The position numbers and the translations under genes were made by a program. Of a DNA stretch of 64,000 bases, positions 55,241 to 64,000 are shown piece after piece. A model generated the notes under the pieces. That model was not told the origin of the DNA and did no database searches. It worked only from the letters and a program-made list of their open reading frames with translations. The DNA lies in the NCBI GenBank assembly GCA_027623675.1, contig JAQBVF010000001.1, positions 1 to 64,000 on the forward strand, in the 5' to 3' direction. Every line of letters starts with the position of its first letter. The stretch's first letter is position 1. The DNA comes from Chloroflexota bacterium (GTDB lineage: Bacteria; Chloroflexota; Dehalococcoidia; Lucifugimonadales; UBA3495).

Positions 55241-56920
55241 ATGCCCGCTCCGCTTTTAGTCGATACCATCCAGCAGCTTGTGGCCCAGGCCTTGGAAGCC
55301 GCCCGCAAGGAAGGCACGCTGCAGTTGGAGACGATGCCCGAGATTCAGGTGGAGCGGCCGGGAAACTCGGACCATGGCGATTTCGCCACCAACCTGCCCC
55401 TGCGACTGGCGCGCGCCACCCGCATCAACCCCCTGGAGCTGGCCAAGTCGCTTGCCGGGTATATACCCACCGGCGATGTTATAGAACGGGTGGAGGCCGC
55501 CCCGCCCGGCTTCATTAACTTCTATCTGACAGATTTCTGGCTGCAGCAACAGGTCGAAGAAGTCCGCCGGGCGGGCGATTCTTTCGGCAACGTGGACCTG
55601 GGCCAGGGCAAGAAGATGATGATTGAGTTCGTCAGCGTGAACCCCACCGGTCCGGTCCATGTGGGCCACACCCGGGGCGCGGTCCTAGGCAGCTCTCTAG
55701 CCAACGTGCTGGAAGCCGCCGGATACGGCGTTACCCGAGAATATTACGTGAATGACGCCGGCAGCCAGATGCAGGCCTTTTACAAGTCGGTGCTGGCCCG
55801 CTACAAAGAGTATCTGGGACAAGACGCGGTTATGCCCGAGAACGGCTACATGGGCGACTACATCGCCGATCTGGCCAAAGAGATCGCCGATGCGGAGGGC
55901 GACCGCTTCCTCAGCCAAGAAGAAGGACAGGCCCTGAGGGAGATCGGCGACATCGGCCGGGAAAAGATGGTCGCCATCATCAAGGATGATCTGGCCGGTA
56001 TCGGTGTGGAGTTCGACAACTGGTTCAGCGAGCGCACCCTGTTCGAGGACGGCGAGTACGACGCCGCCATCGGCATCCTCAAAGAGAAAGACTACCTGTC
56101 GGAGCGGGACGACGCCACCTGGTTCAATTCAACCATGCTCGGCGACGACAAAGACAACGTGGTGATTCGCTCCACCGGCGAGCCGACCTACTTCGCTTCG
56201 GACATCGCCTACCATTACAACAAGTTCGTCGGCCGGGGCTATTCCTCGGTGGTGGATATCTGGGGAGCCGACCACCAGGGTCACGTGCCACGCATGAAAT
56301 CGGCGGTGGAGGCGCTGGGCATCGAGCCCGACCGCCTGACCGTGCTGATCTCCCAGATGGTGACCCTGCGGCGGGGCGACGAGGTGGTGCGGGCGTCCAA
56401 GCGCACCGGCCAATTCGTGACGCTGAAAGAGCTGGCCGAAGAGGTTGGCAAGGACGCCTGCCGCTTCTTCTTCCTGGCCCGCAGCCCATCGACCCAGATG
56501 GAGTTCGACCTGGAGTTGGCCAAGAAAGAGTCGGCCGAGAACCCCGTCTATTACGTGCAGTACGCCCACGCCCGAAACGCCAGCATCCTGAACCTGGCTA
56601 GAGAGAGGAACATCGACTGGAGCGACGGCGACGTCAGTCTTTTGACCGACCCCAACGAGCTTAACCTGGTGCGGGCCATGCTGCGGCTGCCCGAGTTGGT
56701 GGCCCAGATGGCTGAAGACCTGGAGCCCCACCATCTGCCACACTACGCCACTGAATTGGCCAACGCCTTCCATTCCTTCTATGAGAACTGCCGGGTGGTC
56801 TCCTCCAATGAAGAGGACGACGCCATGACCGCGGCCCGGCTGAAGCTGGTGGAGTCGGCCCAGATCGTGTTCCGCCGCTCTCTTGACCTGATGGGGATGA
56901 ACGCCCCGGAACGCATGTAG
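55241..56920 (+). CDS. argS: Arginine--tRNA ligase
   Basis: HGDFATN, PGFINF, EFVSVNPTGPVHVGH, YYVNDAG, GADH, YYVQYAHAR, APERM. Confidence 0.97.
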   Translation: MPAPLLVDTIQQLVAQALEAARKEGTLQLETMPEIQVERPGNSDHGDFATNLPLRLARATRINPLELAKSLAGYIPTGDVIERVEAAPPGFINFYLTDFWLQQQVEEVRRAGDSFGNVDLGQGKKMMIEFVSVNPTGPVHVGHTRGAVLGSSLANVLEAAGYGVTREYYVNDAGSQMQAFYKSVLARYKEYLGQDAVMPENGYMGDYIADLAKEIADAEGDRFLSQEEGQALREIGDIGREKMVAIIKDDLAGIGVEFDNWFSERTLFEDGEYDAAIGILKEKDYLSERDDATWFNSTMLGDDKDNVVIRSTGEPTYFASDIAYHYNKFVGRGYSSVVDIWGADHQGHVPRMKSAVEALGIEPDRLTVLISQMVTLRRGDEVVRASKRTGQFVTLKELAEEVGKDACRFFFLARSPSTQMEFDLELAKKESAENPVYYVQYAHARNASILNLARERNIDWSDGDVSLLTDPNELNLVRAMLRLPELVAQMAEDLEPHHLPHYATELANAFHSFYENCRVVSSNEEDDAMTAARLKLVESAQIVFRRSLDLMGMNAPERM

Positions 56921-56979
56921 CAGCAGGCAACCCCGGCCCGCGACCGAACCTCGACCGGAAACTTCTAAGCTCTGCGAAT

Positions 56980-57018
56980 AAAAAAGGCCTCGCCCATTCC
57001 GGGCGGGGCCGATTTTTT
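56980..57018. terminator. Bidirectional terminator between argS and pstS
   Basis: A6-GGCCTCGCCC-ATTCC-GGGCGGGGCC-GA-T6. Confidence 0.75.
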
Positions 57019-57038
57019 CCGCTTAACCGGTCTTATGC

Positions 57039-58148
57039 TTAGGGGTTGTCTTTTAGGACCTGGTGCACCGGACCCGACTTCGGTGTTTGACCACCAAATA
57101 GGGTGCCGGTTGATCTCGATTCGATACGGTTTTCGCTCAGGGCCGCCGTATCTTCCGGGAAGGCGATATACCCAACCTCTCGCACCAGTGCGGCTCCCTC
57201 TGCACCCAGGAAATAACGCACAAACTCAAGGATGTGGGGTTCCTGGGCGGCGACGGAGTTCACGTACATGAACAACGGCCGGGCGAAGTGCGCATACGTG
57301 CCGTCGGCGATGGTTTCTGGAGTTGGCGTAACGCACCCTGCTCCCGCGTCCACCCCCACCAGCTTCAGCTTGTCTTGGTTCTCCACGTAGTAGGAGTAGC
57401 CGAAATACCCCACCGCATCCCGGTCTCCGGAGATCCCCTGCACCAACACGTTGTCGTTCTCGCTGGCGATGAAATCGCCACGGGACATCTGTGATTCCCC
57501 GTTCACAACTTCGGTGAAATAGTCGAAGGTGCCTGAATCGGCGCCCGGACCGTAAAGGGAGAATGCCTTGTCCGGCCATTCAGGGCGTATCTGATTCCAT
57601 CTACGGACCGTTCCTTCAGCCTCCGGAGACCACATGACATGGAGTTCGTCCAGGGTAACGCAGTTCACGAATTCGTTCTCGGGATTGACCATCACGCTCA
57701 AGCCGTCGATGGCGACCGGCAATTCAATGAAATCGATCCCTTTCTCCGCACAGGCTTCAACTTCCTTAGCCTTGATCGGCCTCGAGGCGTTGGAGATCTC
57801 GGTCTCCCCGTTGCAGAATTTCTTGAACCCGCCACCGGTGCCGGAGACTCCCACCAGCACCCTCACGTCTCCCCCCGTCAACAACCCGAATTCCTCGGCA
57901 ACCGCCTCGGATATCGGGAACACGGTGCTTGAGCCGTCGATCTGTATCAACCCCGAGAGCCCATCAACGCCCGTCGACGAGCCGTCAGGCGACCCGACCG
58001 GCGCTTGGGACGTGGCCGGACCAGCGGAGCCCGCCTCGGGGGAAGAACTTCCGCCGCATGCCGCAGCCACCAGCGCCAGGGCGAACATGGCGCCGATAAC
58101 CAGGACTGCTTTCTTAAATCGGATAGTTGCCTGATAGGTCTTCTTCAT
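57039..58148 (-). CDS. pstS: PstS-family phosphate ABC transporter substrate-binding lipoprotein
   Basis: Lipobox [39 protein letters not shown]. Confidence 0.93.
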   Translation of the reverse strand: MKKTYQATIRFKKAVLVIGAMFALALVAAACGGSSSPEAGSAGPATSQAPVGSPDGSSTGVDGLSGLIQIDGSSTVFPISEAVAEEFGLLTGGDVRVLVGVSGTGGGFKKFCNGETEISNASRPIKAKEVEACAEKGIDFIELPVAIDGLSVMVNPENEFVNCVTLDELHVMWSPEAEGTVRRWNQIRPEWPDKAFSLYGPGADSGTFDYFTEVVNGESQMSRGDFIASENDNVLVQGISGDRDAVGYFGYSYYVENQDKLKLVGVDAGAGCVTPTPETIADGTYAHFARPLFMYVNSVAAQEPHILEFVRYFLGAEGAALVREVGYIAFPEDTAALSENRIESRSTGTLFGGQTPKSGPVHQVLKDNP

Positions 58149-58902
58149 TCTTTCTCTCAATATTCTTTCTCTCGATAATTTTGGGTATATCTTGGTTCGG
58201 AGCGAAACAGCAGATTCCCAGCGCGGCTGGAGGGCCGCGTGTCGAGACGGGTGGGGGAGAGCGGGCTGAAAGAAGGGGTGGATAATGGCTTGACAGGGTA
58301 AGAAGCGTTGCGACCCTGCCAAGCCCCGGCATCACAGGGCTTTGGCGGCCCAACGAGGGCCATTACGGCGCTCGGGTTCCGGGATTCGGAAAGGGACTGG
58401 AATCGGGGTGATCGCCGAGGGAATTCGAAGATTATCTCAGCGTTGGCATAGCGCGGATGCGGCAGGAGAGGGGATGATGATTACGGAACCTATAGCCAAC
58501 GCTGGCAAAAGCTGGACCTTTATATCCCAGGAATAGGTAGTTTTAGTCAAGCCAATCTTATTCTTCGGTTAGGGCGATTACAACCCCTTTCTGGATGAAT
58601 TAAGGGACCTAATTAAGGGAATCGGTCGGGCCGGCAAGCCCAACCCGGTCCAGCGGGCGCCGCCCGCATTCAGCGTCAGATGGGGAACACGGTCACTTAG
58701 AAATCTGCCGTGATTTGAGTGGTGCTTGTATGGCCCGTGTATTTGGGTTTATGATTGGGGTAACTGCCGGATGTGATTTTTCACGTTCAGCCAACCCTAT
58801 CTCCCGAATCCGCATTCTGATCTACGGGATGGCGCGCCGGTCTCTGGCGGCCGTGCGGCTTCCCTTCTTTGCGGTGGGTGAACAGGCGTGATATTTAACT
58901 AG

Positions 58903-60753
58903 ATGCAGATCCTGATCCGAATCACCAAGATTGCGTGGCAATTCCGCGCCCGCCTGATCTTGGCTTACCTGAGCTTCCTGGCCGCGGTCGGCGTCTCGTT
59001 GCTCATTCCGCAATTGTTCGGCGAAGCGATCGACATGCTGGTTGTCGTCGAGAATGGCAAGGTGGTTGCGAAAGCGGTTGATACCAGCACCCTCACCTAC
59101 ATCGCCCTAGCCCTGCTCGGCGCCAGTCTACTCCGCGGCTTCCTGGATTTCGCCCGCACCTATTGCACCGACTCCCTGTCACAGAAAGTCTCCTACGTGA
59201 TTCGGAACCGGTTCTACAACAAGCTGCAACACCTGAGCTTCGCCTACCACGACAAAGAGCACACCGGCGACCTGATGTCCAAAGCCACCGCCGACGTGGA
59301 GGCGGTGCGGCGCTTCGTCAACATGGGCTTGGTGCGGGCGCTTGAAGTAGTGGTCCGCCTCATCGCCTTGATGGTGATCTTGAACCTGATGAACTGGGAA
59401 CTCACCCTCATCAGCTTGGTCTTCGTGCCCTTCATCGTCATTCGGTCTTCCATGGTCATGGGACGCCTGCGGCGGATGTGGCTCCAGGTCCAAGAACGGA
59501 TGGGCGAAGCGGTAACCATCCTTCAAGAAAACCTGGTGGGCATCCACGTGGTGAAGGCTTTCGCTTCTGAGGAATACGAAAAGGCCAAATTCGCCAGGAA
59601 AGCCCAGGAACTCCGGGAAGAATATTACCGGTCGGAGCGGCTGCAAGGCACAAACAGCGCCTGGATGACCTTGTATTTCACCGCGGGCTTGGGTCTGATC
59701 CTCTGGTACGGGGGCTGGGAAGTGGTCCGGGGCGACATGACCGCCGGTGAACTTACCAAGTTCATCCTCTATCTGAACCAGTTGACCTTCCCCATACGCA
59801 TGTCGTCGTTCATCATTAACGCGTTCTCCAGGGCCATCTCGTCCGGCGGGCGCCTCTTTGAGGTCCTGGACGCCGAGTCACCGGTGCTGGAAAAGCCCAA
59901 CCCCACGGTACTGGGCCGGGCCCAAGGCCAGGTGGATTTCAACGACGTCTCCTTCGCCTACGAAGGCCGGATGCCCGCGCTGCAGCATGTCAGCATCTCG
60001 GCCAAGCCAAGCCAGATAACCGCCATCTTGGGCGCTCCAGGCAGCGGCAAGAGCACCATCGTCAACCTACTACCCCGGTTCTACGACGTCACCGAAGGCA
60101 GCGTCACCATCGACGGGCACGACATCCGGGACCTTTCCCTGGAGTCGCTGCGACGCAACGTGGGGATCGTTCAGCAGGACGTTTTCCTGTTCAGCGCCTC
60201 CATTCACGACAACATCGCCTACGGCAAGAAGGATGCCAGCCGCGAGGATGTGATTCGAGCCGCCACGGTAGCCCAACTCCACGACCACATCGATTCTCTG
60301 CCCGACGGCTACGACACCTGGGTTGGGGAGCGCGGCTCCACGCTGTCCGGCGGCCAACGCCAGCGCCTCTCCATCGCCCGCAGCATCCTGACCGACCCGC
60401 CGGTGCTGATACTAGACGACTCCACATCCAGCGTGGACGTTCAGACCGAGCGGATGATTCACCAGGCCATGGTGAATGTGATGAAGAACCGGACCACGTT
60501 CGTTATCGCCCACCGGCTGAGCACGGTGCGGGAAGCCGACCTGATAATCGTCTTGAAAGACGGGGGCGTGGCGGAGCAGGGGAGCCACGAAGAGTTGCTG
60601 GCGGCGCGCGGCATCTACCGGGAGATCTACGACATGCAGCTGCAACCCCAAGAGGAATTGCTGCTCGACGCATCTCTGCCTCCCGTCACCAACAAACCGG
60701 CGCCGGGGAACATGAACCCACGGTTGGCCACCGACTCTGGAGATGACGACTGA
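58903..60753 (+). CDS. ABC exporter, fused permease/ATPase (half 1)
   Basis: TM domain, GAPGSGKS, LSGGQRQR, Walker B ILDD (degenerate), IAHRLST. Confidence 0.93.
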   Translation: MQILIRITKIAWQFRARLILAYLSFLAAVGVSLLIPQLFGEAIDMLVVVENGKVVAKAVDTSTLTYIALALLGASLLRGFLDFARTYCTDSLSQKVSYVIRNRFYNKLQHLSFAYHDKEHTGDLMSKATADVEAVRRFVNMGLVRALEVVVRLIALMVILNLMNWELTLISLVFVPFIVIRSSMVMGRLRRMWLQVQERMGEAVTILQENLVGIHVVKAFASEEYEKAKFARKAQELREEYYRSERLQGTNSAWMTLYFTAGLGLILWYGGWEVVRGDMTAGELTKFILYLNQLTFPIRMSSFIINAFSRAISSGGRLFEVLDAESPVLEKPNPTVLGRAQGQVDFNDVSFAYEGRMPALQHVSISAKPSQITAILGAPGSGKSTIVNLLPRFYDVTEGSVTIDGHDIRDLSLESLRRNVGIVQQDVFLFSASIHDNIAYGKKDASREDVIRAATVAQLHDHIDSLPDGYDTWVGERGSTLSGGQRQRLSIARSILTDPPVLILDDSTSSVDVQTERMIHQAMVNVMKNRTTFVIAHRLSTVREADLIIVLKDGGVAEQGSHEELLAARGIYREIYDMQLQPQEELLLDASLPPVTNKPAPGNMNPRLATDSGDDD

Positions 60754-62675
60754 TGAGAGCACAAGGACCGGGAGGCGGCGTCGGCGGCATGATGGGCGGC
60801 ATGCGGGGCATGGGTTCCCACGGCATGCGGGCGGCCAACGAAGACAACCTGAGCGACGACACCATTGTCGGCTCGGTCTACGATCACAAGGTTGTCGCCC
60901 GCCTGATGACCTACATCTGGCCCTACCGGCGCGACGCTTTCATCGCCGTGGCCGCCGTGCTGGTCTACACCCTGGGCAACGTCACGGTGCCGCTGCTGAT
61001 GCTGATCGGCATCACCTGGGCCGTCGATACCGGCGAAGTCTGGCGGCTGCACGTCGTCGGGCTGATCTTCGTGGCCGTCACCATCGTCCATTTCGGGTCG
61101 AATTACGTCCAATTTGTGTTCATACCCAAGGTGGGTCAGGGCGTCCTATATTCCTTGCGAACCGGCATGTTCAACCACCTGCAGGAACTTTCGCCCGCCT
61201 TCTTCCACCGCACGTCGGTTGGCCGCATCATGTCCCGCAGCCAGAGCGACGTACTGCAACTGCAAGAGACCTTCGAGCTGATCGTCCAGAGCCTTTCCGA
61301 CATCCTCAGCCTGGCGGGCATCATCATAATCATGCTGGTGGTCGACTGGCGGTTGGCGCTGGTTAGCATGAGCATCCTGCCCGTGCTCTTCTTCATCCTG
61401 GGTTATTGGCAGCGGTTCGCCCGGCACTCGTTCATGCGTATCCGCAGGGCCATCGCCATGGTCAACGGCGAGTACAACCAGAACATCACCGGCGTTCGGG
61501 TTGTGGAGAGCTTCAACCGGCAAGAAGCCAATATGCAGCACTTCGACGACCTGAACTCGGAGCACCTGAACGCCAACCTGGAAGCCAGCCGGTACTCGGG
61601 CGGTCTGCAGCCCTTGGTGGAAGTGCTGATGGGCATCGGCATGGGGTTCGGCATTGTCTTGGCCGGCGGACTAATGGTCAAAGGCGGCACTTTGGAATGG
61701 GGCGTGCTCGTAGCCTTCGCCCTCTGGATCCAACGTTTCTTCGAGCCGGTGCGCCATCTGACCATGCAGTACAGCCAACTACAGCGGGCCATGGCGGCCG
61801 GAGTCCGCATCTTCGAGGTGCTGGACCTGAATCCCGAGGTTGTCGACAAACCCGACGCCATCAAGTTGCCGGAGATACAGGGAGAGATCAGATTTGAAGA
61901 CGTGGACTTTGAGTACGTCGAAGGCGTCGAGGTCCTAAAGCGGATCAACCTACACGTGAAACCGGGCCAGAACGTGGCCTTGGTCGGCTCCACCGGCGCC
62001 GGCAAGAGCACCCTCGTCACCCTGATACACCGGTTCGCCGACGTGAAAAGCGGCCGCATCACCGTCGACGGCCACGACATCCGGGACGTAACCCGGCACT
62101 CACTGGTCAGCCAGATGAGCATGGTGCTGCAGGAACCCTACCTGTTCTCGGGCACCGTCTCCGAAAACATCCGTTACAACAACGAAAATGTCACCGACGA
62201 CGATGTGGTGGCCGCGGCGAAGAACGTGGGCGCTCACGAGTTCATCATGTCACTGGAGAATGGCTACAACACGGTCCTGGCCGAACGGGGCATCAACCTC
62301 AGCGTGGGCCAACGGCAACTGCTGAGCTTCGCCCGGGCGGTGGTCGGCAACCCCAGGATCATCATCCTGGATGAGGCGACGGCCAACATCGACACCCACA
62401 CCGAGGTGCTGATACAACAAGCGCTCCAGCGGGTGCTTAAAGGCCGGACCTCCATCGTGATCGCCCACCGGCTCTCCACGGTCCGGAACGCCGACAATAT
62501 CGTTGTGCTGGACCACGGCGAGTTGGTGGAGATGGGCAGCCACGAGGAACTTCTGGCCAAGAAGGGCGGAGTTTACGCGCGGCTCTACGCCGTTAATTAT
62601 GGACTGCCCACCGACGACGGCGAAGAAGCAGAAACCGGCCGGACCGCATCGTTCCCCGCGTCGGCCGACGATTAG
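60753..62675 (+). CDS. ABC exporter, fused permease/ATPase (half 2)
   Basis: GSTGAGKS, LSVGQ (degenerate signature), ILDEAT, IAHRLST; start overlaps the half 1 stop; typical heterodimer asymmetry. Confidence 0.93.
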   Translation: MRAQGPGGGVGGMMGGMRGMGSHGMRAANEDNLSDDTIVGSVYDHKVVARLMTYIWPYRRDAFIAVAAVLVYTLGNVTVPLLMLIGITWAVDTGEVWRLHVVGLIFVAVTIVHFGSNYVQFVFIPKVGQGVLYSLRTGMFNHLQELSPAFFHRTSVGRIMSRSQSDVLQLQETFELIVQSLSDILSLAGIIIIMLVVDWRLALVSMSILPVLFFILGYWQRFARHSFMRIRRAIAMVNGEYNQNITGVRVVESFNRQEANMQHFDDLNSEHLNANLEASRYSGGLQPLVEVLMGIGMGFGIVLAGGLMVKGGTLEWGVLVAFALWIQRFFEPVRHLTMQYSQLQRAMAAGVRIFEVLDLNPEVVDKPDAIKLPEIQGEIRFEDVDFEYVEGVEVLKRINLHVKPGQNVALVGSTGAGKSTLVTLIHRFADVKSGRITVDGHDIRDVTRHSLVSQMSMVLQEPYLFSGTVSENIRYNNENVTDDDVVAAAKNVGAHEFIMSLENGYNTVLAERGINLSVGQRQLLSFARAVVGNPRIIILDEATANIDTHTEVLIQQALQRVLKGRTSIVIAHRLSTVRNADNIVVLDHGELVEMGSHEELLAKKGGVYARLYAVNYGLPTDDGEEAETGRTASFPASADD

Positions 62676-62703
62676 ACCCGGCAAATAGTTACCGACGTAA
62701 ACC

Positions 62704-62741
62704 AAAAGGCCCGTTCTTGCTCGCAAGAACGGGCCTTTTTT
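62704..62741. terminator. Bidirectional intrinsic terminator
   Basis: AAAAGGCCCGTTCTTGC-TC-GCAAGAACGGGCCTTTTTT. Confidence 0.85.
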
Positions 62742-62769
62742 GCGGCACTGGTTTCGGTAAAGAGGCCGC

Positions 62770-63432
62770 CTAACCCTCACCGTCAGCGGTGGGTGGCACT
62801 CCCTCAGTCAGGTACCGCTCCATGGCCGATTTGAAGATGTTGTACGGATGGGCGCCGGTAAACAGCAGGTTGCCCACCAAGAAGGTGGGAATGCCGCTGA
62901 TACCGTACTTCAAGGCCTCTTGGTACTGGCCCATCACCGTCTCGGCGTAGGTTTTCTCTTCCAGACTGGTCACCATCTCGTCGGCATCCAGGCCCACCTC
63001 GTGGGCGACCTTGTGGAGCACCTCAAGCTCGCCCAGGTCCTGCCGGTCCTCCCACAGCGCTTTGTAGGCGGCGTGGTGAAACTCCAGGAACTTGCCGTGC
63101 TGCTGGGCGTACTCGGTGGCTTCCAACGAGTAGAGGGTGTTCGGCGTGCGGCGCAGCGGCTTCATGATCAGGCCGGCTTCCGCGGCCTGGCCCCGCAACG
63201 GTTCAGCCAATTGGTCCTCGGTCTCACCGGGACGCGGCGGCCGCTCTGCCCCTTCTTTCGGGGTATCCGGGCGCAGCAGATAAGCCTTGCCCTCGACCTG
63301 GATGTTGTAGTCGTTGGCCAACTTGTCGACCCGCTCCAGGCCGACGTAGCACCAGGGTCAAATATAGTCGTACCAAACCGCCACGCTGACCGGTGAGTTC
63401 TGGTTATTCGTGGTCTGAGTCTGATCTGCCAT
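62770..63432 (-). CDS. DsbA/FrnE-family thiol-disulfide oxidoreductase, selenoprotein (UxxC)
   Basis: AGGAG RBS and ATG 63432; reads ...VAVWYDYI-TGA-PWCYVG... in frame with ORF 62770-63321 (PNT, GISGIPTF, GAHP); hairpin follows the UGA. Confidence 0.88.
63325..63345 (-). promoter_or_regulatory. Bacterial SECIS-like hairpin
   Basis: GUCGGCCUG-GAG-CGGGUCGAC starting 12 nt after the UGA; apical loop begins with G. Confidence 0.7.
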
Positions 63433-63549
63433 CTGGCCACTCCTATCGGGCACGGCGCAACGCCGGCCGGGTGGGTAGAATCTGGGAACAGGGTATCATC
63501 AAGCGAGGGTCGCCCACCACAATGATCGAGGGTCGCGATCCGGCGAGAG

Positions 63550-63999
63550 CTAGTTCAGGCCGTCCAGCAGTTGGTTCAACTCCGATAGGCTGGCGATGGT
63601 GAGGCAGTCCACGTCGGAGATTATCGCCTTGCGGTTTCCGCTCCGGTCGATCAGCACTGCCTGCATGCCCACACCCTGGGCGCCCACGACGTCGGACCTG
63701 ATCTGGTCGCCCACGTGGACCACTTCTTCGGGAGCGGCGCCCACTTTCTCCAGCGCAGCCAGGAATATGGGCGGATGAGGTTTTTCCACCCCAACTTCCT
63801 GGGAACCGACCATGAAATCCAGGTAGGGCAGCAGGCCGACCCGCCCGCACAATTCGCTCAGGTCACGGCGCAGGTTGGTGATCACGCCCAACTTGTAACC
63901 CGACTCCCGTAGTTGCTCCAGGGCCGGCACGGTGTCGTCGAAGGGTATGAAATCTTTGGGGACCGACATCGCCATCTTCCAGACCTGGCGGGCCAGCCC
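63550..63999 (-). CDS. HAD family hydrolase (partial, 5' end beyond window)
   Basis: GVITN, EVGVEKP.P.IF, HVGD...DV.GA...GM. Confidence 0.88.
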   Translation of the reverse strand, partial: GLARQVWKMAMSVPKDFIPFDDTVPALEQLRESGYKLGVITNLRRDLSELCGRVGLLPYLDFMVGSQEVGVEKPHPPIFLAALEKVGAAPEEVVHVGDQIRSDVVGAQGVGMQAVLIDRSGNRKAIISDVDCLTIASLSELNQLLDGLN

Positions 64000-64000
64000 C

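Noticed and set aside
58280..58620. Pho box upstream of pstS
   Set aside because: No clear 11-bp-period direct repeat identified by eye

Overview
GC-rich bacterial chromosome window. Gene content suggests Chloroflexota/Dehalococcoidia, possibly SAR202-like (LLM monooxygenase, MetE-like protein, CoA-transferase III, many MFS transporters, GAAC-N4-GTTC-type SOS box); the taxonomy is an inference. In order: the right end of an ISAs1-family IS; hemA and a corrin-ring operon (cbiC-X-D-T-L-F-G-H) followed by a MetE-like gene; catabolic and transport genes including an NAD-dependent formate dehydrogenase; an accessory-looking block downstream of tRNA-Asn (HxlR/MFS, OsmC, LAL regulator, a three-gene SipW-type locus, Fic, DUF1801); a heat-shock locus (hsp20 divergent from dnaJ/cbpA-hspR-clp) with HAIR-like operators; and housekeeping genes (hisS, hisF, hisIE, argS, pstS, ABC exporter pair). 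Highlights: (1) a candidate TasA/SipW-like fibre system with two secreted subunits sharing the N-terminal FTASNTVP motif; (2) a DsbA/FrnE selenoprotein (UPWC plus SECIS-like hairpin) truncated by the ORF track; (3) a candidate sRNA with C-rich loops next to hsp20; (4) a CbiX with a 4-Cys insertion; (5) two genes each broken by a single lesion (MFS, mgtE). All calls come from reading the sequence; no searches were run.
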